NCBI GenBank assembly: GCA_963664395.2
Contig: OY761159.2
Location: forward strand, 2,528,001 to 2,592,000
DNA length: 64,000 bases
Direction of reading: 5' to 3'
From: Candidatus Binatia bacterium
GTDB taxonomy: Bacteria; Desulfobacterota; Binatia; Bin18
Positions 58,243 to 64,000 of this stretch are shown in pieces. Under the pieces are notes generated by a model. It saw only the letters and a program-made list of their open reading frames with translations. It had not been told where the DNA came from and did no database searches. The position numbers were made by a program, and so were the translations under genes. The stretch's first letter is position 1; each line of letters opens with the position of its first letter.

Positions 58243-59166
58243 ATGGCTACAGGCTCTATTCCGTGTGGTATTGCAGTTCCTCAAGTGTTTCTTGATACGC
58301 CGGTTGATATGCCGTTCATCCGGGATTTTGTTCTGCGTGCAGAAGCGCTCGATTATGAAAGCTTGTGGGTGCAGGAGACCATTGTCAGCGACTTTGCCAT
58401 TCTCGAACCGGTGGCCCTGCTCAACTATATCGCCGCCATTACCTCAAAAGCGCGCCTTGGCACCTCCGTCCTGCTGACGGTGCTGCGCAATCCGGTGCAA
58501 CTGGCCAAGAGTCTATCGAGCCTGGATCAGATGAGCCAGGGCCGACTCATCTTTGGTCTGGGCATTGGCGGACACGTTCCGGAGGCCCTCTTCGGCTACT
58601 CCAGCGAACTCCGCGCCCGGCGTTTTGTGGAGGGCATTACAACAATAAAGGCGCTGTGGACAGAACCCAAAGCTACGGTCAGTGGGACGTTCTGGAACTT
58701 CGAGAATGTGGCTATGGAACCCAAGCCGCTTCAAAAACCCCACCCGCCTATCTGGTTTGGCGCACGCGAGGAGAAACCGCTCCGGCGGGCCGTCCGGCAC
58801 GGCGATGGCTGGATGGGCGCGGGGTCGTCCTCAACCGCAGATTTCATGAAACAGTCGGGCTTGATTCGTCAGTTTCTCGACGAAGCCGACCGTAACCCGG
58901 CAACGTTTACGCTCTCCAAACGAGTCTATCTCGCTGTGGACAATGATCGAGACCGGGCGGAACGTCGGCTGCGGGAGTGGTTTGGCGTCCGGTATAAAAG
59001 TGCGGATATGGCCTCAAAGGTTGCCGTCTGGGGCAGTCTGGACGAATGCCGCAATAAGATCGGCGAGATCGTCCAAGCCGGGGCCGAACACCTCTTACTC
59101 AACCCGGCCTTTGATGACATGGAACATCTGGAGATATGTGCAAAAGAGATTATCCCCGCGCTTTAG
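58243..59166 (+). CDS. Luciferase-like (LLM) flavin/F420-dependent oxidoreductase
   Basis: 'RLGTSV...RNPVQLAK..SSLDQMSQGR', 'PKPLQKPHPPIWFG', 'RAVRHGDGW'. Confidence 0.9.
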   Translation: MATGSIPCGIAVPQVFLDTPVDMPFIRDFVLRAEALDYESLWVQETIVSDFAILEPVALLNYIAAITSKARLGTSVLLTVLRNPVQLAKSLSSLDQMSQGRLIFGLGIGGHVPEALFGYSSELRARRFVEGITTIKALWTEPKATVSGTFWNFENVAMEPKPLQKPHPPIWFGAREEKPLRRAVRHGDGWMGAGSSSTADFMKQSGLIRQFLDEADRNPATFTLSKRVYLAVDNDRDRAERRLREWFGVRYKSADMASKVAVWGSLDECRNKIGEIVQAGAEHLLLNPAFDDMEHLEICAKEIIPAL

Positions 59167-59190
59167 GGATCAGAAGGAGACACAGTTCGC

Positions 59191-60417
59191 ATGATTACCA
59201 TGAATGAACACTATCTGAAGCTCCAGGCCTCGTATCTGTTTTCCGATATTGCCAAGCGGGTCAATGCGTATCAGGCCGACCATCCGAATCAAGCTATTAT
59301 TCGGTTGGGGATTGGCGATGTGACGCGGGCGCTGCCCGAGGCGTGCATCAGCGCCTTTCATCGCGCCGTGGATGAGATGGCGGACGACGCCACCTTTCGG
59401 GGCTACGGCCCGGAACTGGGCTATGATTTCTTACAAGAAGCCATCGTGGCCGGAGATTTTCAGCCGCGCGGGGTGACGCTCAGACCTGACGAAGTGTTTG
59501 TGAGTGACGGCGCGAAGTGCGACTCCGGCAATTTTCAGGAGCTTTTTGCCCCGGACACGCGCGTGGCGGTGCCCGACCCCGTCTACCCGGTGTACGTCGA
59601 TACCAACGTGATGGCAGGGCGGACCGCAGCCTGGCGGGACGGACGCTACGAGGGGCTGGTCTATCTGGAATCGACGTCTGCCAACCGGTATATCCCGGCT
59701 CTCCCGCAGGAAAAGGTTGATCTCATATATCTGTGTTTCCCCAATAACCCGACGGGCAGCATGATTACCACCGAGCAGTTGCGCCCCTGGGTGGACTATG
59801 CGCGGGAGAACAAGGCCCTCATTCTGTATGACGCGGCCTATGTCGAGTTTATCCGTGACGACAGCCTGCCGCAGAGTATTTACGAGATCGACGGCGCAAA
59901 AGAGGTTGCCGTAGAATTTCGGAGCCTGTCGAAGACGGCCGGCTTTACCGGCACGCGCTGTGCCTACACCATCGTGCCAAAAGAGTGTCAGGTGTATGAC
60001 TCTCAGGGCAACGCCCATGCGCTCCACTCGCTCTGGGACCGGCGCCAGTCCACAAAATTCAACAGTGTCTCCTATCCGGTTCAGCGTGCGGCTGAAGCCG
60101 CGTTCTCGCCTGATGGAAAAAAACAGATCCGAGACTTGAGTAATTACTATCTCGATAATGCCGCCCTGATCCGCGAGGCGATGACCACCTTGGGGTATCC
60201 CTGTGTTGGCGGAGAGCATTCACCCTATGTGTGGATTAAAACCAATGCTGACTCCTGGGAATTTTTTGACCGCTTACTGCAAAAAGCCGGGGTCGTCTGC
60301 ACGCCGGGAGCGGGGTTTGGTAAATGTGGAGAGGGCTATGTGCGCCTGAGCGCGTTTAACAGCCGCGAGAATGTCGAGACCGCCCTGGACCGTGTTTCAG
60401 ACGCGCTGACCGTCTGA
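59191..60417 (+). CDS. dapL: LL-diaminopimelate aminotransferase
   Basis: SYLFSDIAK, LGIGDVT, GYGPE, SDGAKCD, PNNPTG, SKTAGFTGTRC. Confidence 0.95.
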   Translation: MITMNEHYLKLQASYLFSDIAKRVNAYQADHPNQAIIRLGIGDVTRALPEACISAFHRAVDEMADDATFRGYGPELGYDFLQEAIVAGDFQPRGVTLRPDEVFVSDGAKCDSGNFQELFAPDTRVAVPDPVYPVYVDTNVMAGRTAAWRDGRYEGLVYLESTSANRYIPALPQEKVDLIYLCFPNNPTGSMITTEQLRPWVDYARENKALILYDAAYVEFIRDDSLPQSIYEIDGAKEVAVEFRSLSKTAGFTGTRCAYTIVPKECQVYDSQGNAHALHSLWDRRQSTKFNSVSYPVQRAAEAAFSPDGKKQIRDLSNYYLDNAALIREAMTTLGYPCVGGEHSPYVWIKTNADSWEFFDRLLQKAGVVCTPGAGFGKCGEGYVRLSAFNSRENVETALDRVSDALTV

Positions 60418-60439
60418 GTAGGGGCGGTCGCCCCTTCGG

Positions 60440-61285
60440 CTATGCCACGCCGTTCTGCTTGAACCAGGCGAGCAGCCGTTGCCAGCCATCCTGCGCCGCT
60501 TCCTTGCGGTAGCTCGCCCGATAGTCGGCGTGAAAACCGTGGGGCGTATCGGGATAGAGAATAATCTCTGAAGAGCTTTCCACTGCCTGTAATGCTGTGC
60601 GCATCTGTTCAACCGTCTCGGTTGGAATACCGGTATCGGCGCCGCCATACAAACCGAGCACAGGGGCGTGGAGCTGCGCGGCAATATCAACCGGATGGGT
60701 TGGGGTGAGCTCGGATGCCTGTCCGACCAGACGCCCATACCAGGCCGCCCCGGCTTTGACCTGCGGACTGTGGGCGGTGTACATCCACACGATGCGTCCA
60801 CCCCAACAAAAGCCGGTGATGCCTAGCCTTGTCACATCGCCTTTGCCGGATGACTTGACCCACGCCACCGTTGCATCAAGATCGGACATGACCTGAGCAT
60901 CGGGCACCTTGGCAACCACGGTCCGAATAATCTGACCGATATCAGTCATCTGCGACACATCGCCCTGCCTGGCGTAGAGTTCCGGCGCAACCGCGACATA
61001 GCCCTGCTTGGCGAAGCGGCGGCAGATGTCTTTGATATGCTCATGCACACCGAAGATTTCCTGGACGACCAGCACGACCGGGAAGGGGCCGTCTGTTTGA
61101 GGGCACGCCTGATAGGCGGGAATAGTGATATCGCCAACCGGTATCCGGACTTCCTGCGTTTCCAGGCCGCTGGTATCCGTTGTTTTTGTTTGGGCCGAAA
61201 CCGGACGAACGGCCAGGGCAAATCCCGTGGCCAAGGTGGAAGCCACAAATTCGCGTCGGGTCAGTGTTGTGCTTATATTTTTCAT
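60440..61285 (-). CDS. Dienelactone hydrolase family protein with Tat signal
   Basis: TRREF Tat motif, [19 protein letters not shown]. Confidence 0.92.
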   Translation of the reverse strand: MKNISTTLTRREFVASTLATGFALAVRPVSAQTKTTDTSGLETQEVRIPVGDITIPAYQACPQTDGPFPVVLVVQEIFGVHEHIKDICRRFAKQGYVAVAPELYARQGDVSQMTDIGQIIRTVVAKVPDAQVMSDLDATVAWVKSSGKGDVTRLGITGFCWGGRIVWMYTAHSPQVKAGAAWYGRLVGQASELTPTHPVDIAAQLHAPVLGLYGGADTGIPTETVEQMRTALQAVESSSEIILYPDTPHGFHADYRASYRKEAAQDGWQRLLAWFKQNGVA

Positions 61286-61408
61286 ATCTTCTCACCCCAA
61301 TCGGGCCTTATCTGGTGCGGCCTAGCCTAGCCCTTGTGCCCCTGACTCGCAAGGATGAGCGCACGGGAAGAGAAGAGTTTATATCGCCGCTCGTCTGTGT
61401 TGAGTCTT

Positions 61409-61482
61409 GTAGGTCGGCTTAGCCAAAGGCGTAAGCCGACACGGCCACACTTGTCGGATTACGCTACGCTAAGCCGACCTAC
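61409..61482. repeat. GTAG-family REP doublet (BIME-like)
   Basis: GTAGGTCGGCTTAGC-caaag-GCGTAAGCCGAC ... GTCGGATTACGC-tac-GCTAAGCCGACCTAC. Confidence 0.85.
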
Positions 61483-61533
61483 TCGCCGCGCGGTTCCTGA
61501 GCGGATATTATGACGCCGACCGTTAAGGAGCAC

Positions 61534-61875
61534 ATGAAAACGAGCAAGACGAAATTGCACCCTGTTCACCCCGGAGAAGTGTTGCAGGAAGAGTTTCTGA
61601 AGCCGATGGGTCTGAGTCAGAACCGGTTAGCTTTAGACATTGGCGTTCCCGCCCGACGCATTAACGAAATCGTCCTCGGAAAACGTGGGGTAACTGCTGA
61701 TACTGCTCTTCGACTCGCCCGGTGTTTTGGAATATCCGTACAGTTTTGGCTCGGACTCCAGCTTGATTATGAACTGGATATGGCAACCGATAAACTATCC
61801 GAACGACTTGAGCGGGAAGTGAGAGTACACGAGAGTGTCCACGAGAGTGTCCACCAAGAGGACCGTACGGCGTAA
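61534..61875 (+). CDS. higA: HigA/VapI family antitoxin (orphan)
   Basis: HPGEVLQEEFL, RRINEIV.GKRGVTADTALRL, FWLGLQ; AAGGAG RBS. Confidence 0.9.
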   Translation: MKTSKTKLHPVHPGEVLQEEFLKPMGLSQNRLALDIGVPARRINEIVLGKRGVTADTALRLARCFGISVQFWLGLQLDYELDMATDKLSERLEREVRVHESVHESVHQEDRTA

Positions 61876-61944
61876 TTGTCCCGCTTTCTCTTTGAGGTGT
61901 CGATCTTTTATGTAGAGGGGACCAATAGGATTGGAGTCGAAGTC

Positions 61945-62274
61945 ATGAAGATAGTATGGACGGGCCTGCTCGGCCTGACTCTTGCGGCAACCGCCTTTGC
62001 CAACGAAGGCCATCAACTTTTACTCAGCCAGAGTAAAGCCGAGCGTGCCACAACGCTGGCGGGTATTCTCCAGGCGAGCGGAAAAACCTGCGCAACGGTT
62101 TCGCGTTCGTTTCTGCAAGGTACGGATGAACATCAGGCCGCCTATTGGAATGCCGAGTGCTCCGGGGGCGAAACCTATGTCATTCAGATTCCGGTCAGCA
62201 GTCAGACCCGCGTCCTTGAGTGTAAGATTATGGCCATGATCGGGGTGGAGTGCTTCACCCGATTCGAGAATTGA
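61945..62274 (+). CDS. Small secreted protein with four Cys
   Basis: Signal peptide MKIVWTGLLGLTLAATAFA; C...W..EC...EC...EC-F. Confidence 0.7.
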   Translation: MKIVWTGLLGLTLAATAFANEGHQLLLSQSKAERATTLAGILQASGKTCATVSRSFLQGTDEHQAAYWNAECSGGETYVIQIPVSSQTRVLECKIMAMIGVECFTRFEN

Positions 62275-62319
62275 ACGCATCGATTTTCAGAGACAGGCTG
62301 AACCCGAGGAGCGTCTCCA

Positions 62320-63063
62320 GTGCACTGGGCCCGCGGTATTGATGAGTTGCAACGCTTTTCCACGCCGCCCTATGGCTGCCTGTATCTCCCGGCGGAAACG
62401 GCCTCTCTGACCTACCGCATTATCCGCGACCTGACGCCTCAACAGTATAATGAACTCCTCAGACGAGGCTGGCGGCGCTTTGGCTGCGAATTCTTTCGGC
62501 CCGCCTGTGCGCAGTGTGTCCAGTGTCGGAGTCTGCGCCTGCCGCTGGCCGATTTTCGACTGTCTCGCAGTCAGCAGCGCAGCCTGCGTCGCAATGCGGC
62601 GATTCGGGTCGTGGTGCAAAAACCGACCCTGACCCGCGCTCACCTCCAGCTCTTTAACGCCTACCATGAGTACATGCACACCCAGCGCGGCTGGCCCCTA
62701 CAGACGACAAACGAACGGACGTATGCCCACAGCTTTCTCTTGGGTAACTGGAGCTTTGCCCGCGAATTCCTGTACTACGACCGAGAGCGTCTGGTTGGTG
62801 TGGGCCTGGCGGATGTGACGCACGAGGCTCTATCGAGCATCTATTTCTTTTACGACCCAGATTGGCGGCCCCACGCGCCCGGAGTCTTTTCGATTCTGCG
62901 CCAGGCCGCCTATGCACAGCAGCACGGGCTGCGTTACCACTATCTGGGCTACTGGGTCGCGCAGAGTACCTCCATGGCCTATAAGGCGCAGTACCGCCCG
63001 CATCAGATTCTCCGGCGCCATCCGCCGGATGAGGAAGAGCCGGAGTGGGCAGCGCCCGAATAA
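62320..63063 (+). CDS. Arginyl-tRNA-protein transferase family (bacterial Bpt, Asp/Glu leucyltransferase)
   Basis: CLYLP, GWRRFG..FRPAC..C..C, SIYFFYDPD, YLGYWV..SMAYK. Confidence 0.92.
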   Translation: MHWARGIDELQRFSTPPYGCLYLPAETASLTYRIIRDLTPQQYNELLRRGWRRFGCEFFRPACAQCVQCRSLRLPLADFRLSRSQQRSLRRNAAIRVVVQKPTLTRAHLQLFNAYHEYMHTQRGWPLQTTNERTYAHSFLLGNWSFAREFLYYDRERLVGVGLADVTHEALSSIYFFYDPDWRPHAPGVFSILRQAAYAQQHGLRYHYLGYWVAQSTSMAYKAQYRPHQILRRHPPDEEEPEWAAPE

Positions 63064-63087
63064 TCTATGCGGAATGACCTGGCGCGT

Positions 63088-64000
63088 TTACCCATTCACG
63101 TGCCGCGTGAGCGGAATACCAAACTGCGCGGCGGCGTTCTCGCCCAACATCCGGGCAATAAGCGGCTTTTCCACATCGGCCTGCGTCAGGGTCTCGATCG
63201 CATCCCAGGCACTTGTCGTATCGTGATGGGGGTAGCGCGAGCCCCAGACGATCTTTTCTGCAAAGTCGTGCGGTAATCGCTGGATCATGCGCTCTTCCGC
63301 ATCAAAGCCGAGCATCACCCGCCCTTCTTCCCACAAGGCTTCGGGGTCGGTCCGGACCGGATAGTAGTTGAGGAGAGGAATCGTCTTGGTCGAGGCCTCC
63401 ATCTTCTCTAACACTTCCTCCATCCATGACGCCTTGCCATGCGCGACCACCACTTTCAGCTCGGGAAAGCGCTGCATGACCGTAAAGCCGATCAGCGTGG
63501 AGGCAACGAACATATGGTTATCGAGCCAGCCGGAGAGAATCGGGGAGACCGGATGGCCGACCGCCGGGGACGAAAAGAAGGAAAAATGCGCCAGGCCGTT
63601 GCCACCACCGGCAGTCGGACCGCCGCCGGCATCGCTCACCAGGGCGTGTTGATTCAGCCGATTTTTGACCTTTTCAATAAACGGGCCGTGTGACGTCCAC
63701 TCGGGGTTCCACAGCCCAGGCGTCGGATGGACCACCGCGGCCACGCCCAAGCGCTCCAACTCGGCCCAGAGCGGGTCGTAGTACGGATGGGTGAAATAAT
63801 GCCCTTCAATAAACATGGGCCGGATGAAGGCACCCCGGAAATGCGGCAGCTCGGCCACCCGGCGCAGTTCTTCCAGCGCAAAATCCATGTTTTGGAGCGG
63901 CAGCATGGCCGCGGCATAGAGTCGCGCTGGGGCCGTCTGACAGAAATCGGTCAGCCAGTTGTTATAGGCCCGGGCCAGTGCGGCCGCCACATCCGGGTCC
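63088..64000 (-). CDS. Amidohydrolase_2 family protein (5'-truncated by window edge)
   Basis: ARAYNNW..FC...RL, LPLQ, YDPLW...VHP, RFPELK, MLGENAA. Confidence 0.85.
   Translation of the reverse strand, partial: DPDVAAALARAYNNWLTDFCQTAPARLYAAAMLPLQNMDFALEELRRVAELPHFRGAFIRPMFIEGHYFTHPYYDPLWAELERLGVAAVVHPTPGLWNPEWTSHGPFIEKVKNRLNQHALVSDAGGGPTAGGGNGLAHFSFFSSPAVGHPVSPILSGWLDNHMFVASTLIGFTVMQRFPELKVVVAHGKASWMEEVLEKMEASTKTIPLLNYYPVRTDPEALWEEGRVMLGFDAEERMIQRLPHDFAEKIVWGSRYPHHDTTSAWDAIETLTQADVEKPLIARMLGENAAAQFGIPLTRHVNG

Overview
Bacterial chromosomal window, GC-rich and gene-dense. The gene content is loosely reminiscent of Binatota/Desulfobacterota-like lineages, but taxonomy cannot be fixed from this window. 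The housekeeping backbone is: the end of a dpp/opp ABC operon, clpP, trxB, the ffh-rpsP-khpA-rimM-trmD-(SPOUT MTase)-rplS operon, a ccmE-F-H-I'-A-B-C-D cytochrome c maturation operon, a long minus-strand run (MBL hydrolase, MoxR, aroQ, accB, accC, DUF1573, mfd, surA, pdxA, PGM/PMM, yvcK, IMPase), selC tRNA-Sec with selA, glmU-glmS, dapL and bpt/ate. The main unexplained or accessory content is: (1) a tightly coupled 7-gene cluster at 8.7-15.7 kb built on a GlmL/MutL-like ASKHA ATPase plus five uncharacterised soluble or membrane proteins, with no B12 mutase subunits nearby; this is the best candidate for an undescribed system; (2) a sodium:solute symporter fused to two C-terminal winged-helix domains, followed by a MetE-like Zn thiol-alkyltransferase and an LLM oxidoreductase; (3) a 3.3 kb integrase-less defence islet (AbiEi-like, nucleotidyltransferase, PD-(D/E)xK nuclease) bounded by a 10-bp direct repeat; (4) a frameshifted fused type IIG R-M gene and TA modules around selC; (5) several decayed toxin genes, heptamer (STRR-like) repeats and REP-like palindromes. 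All family assignments come from recognising motifs by eye; no searches were run.
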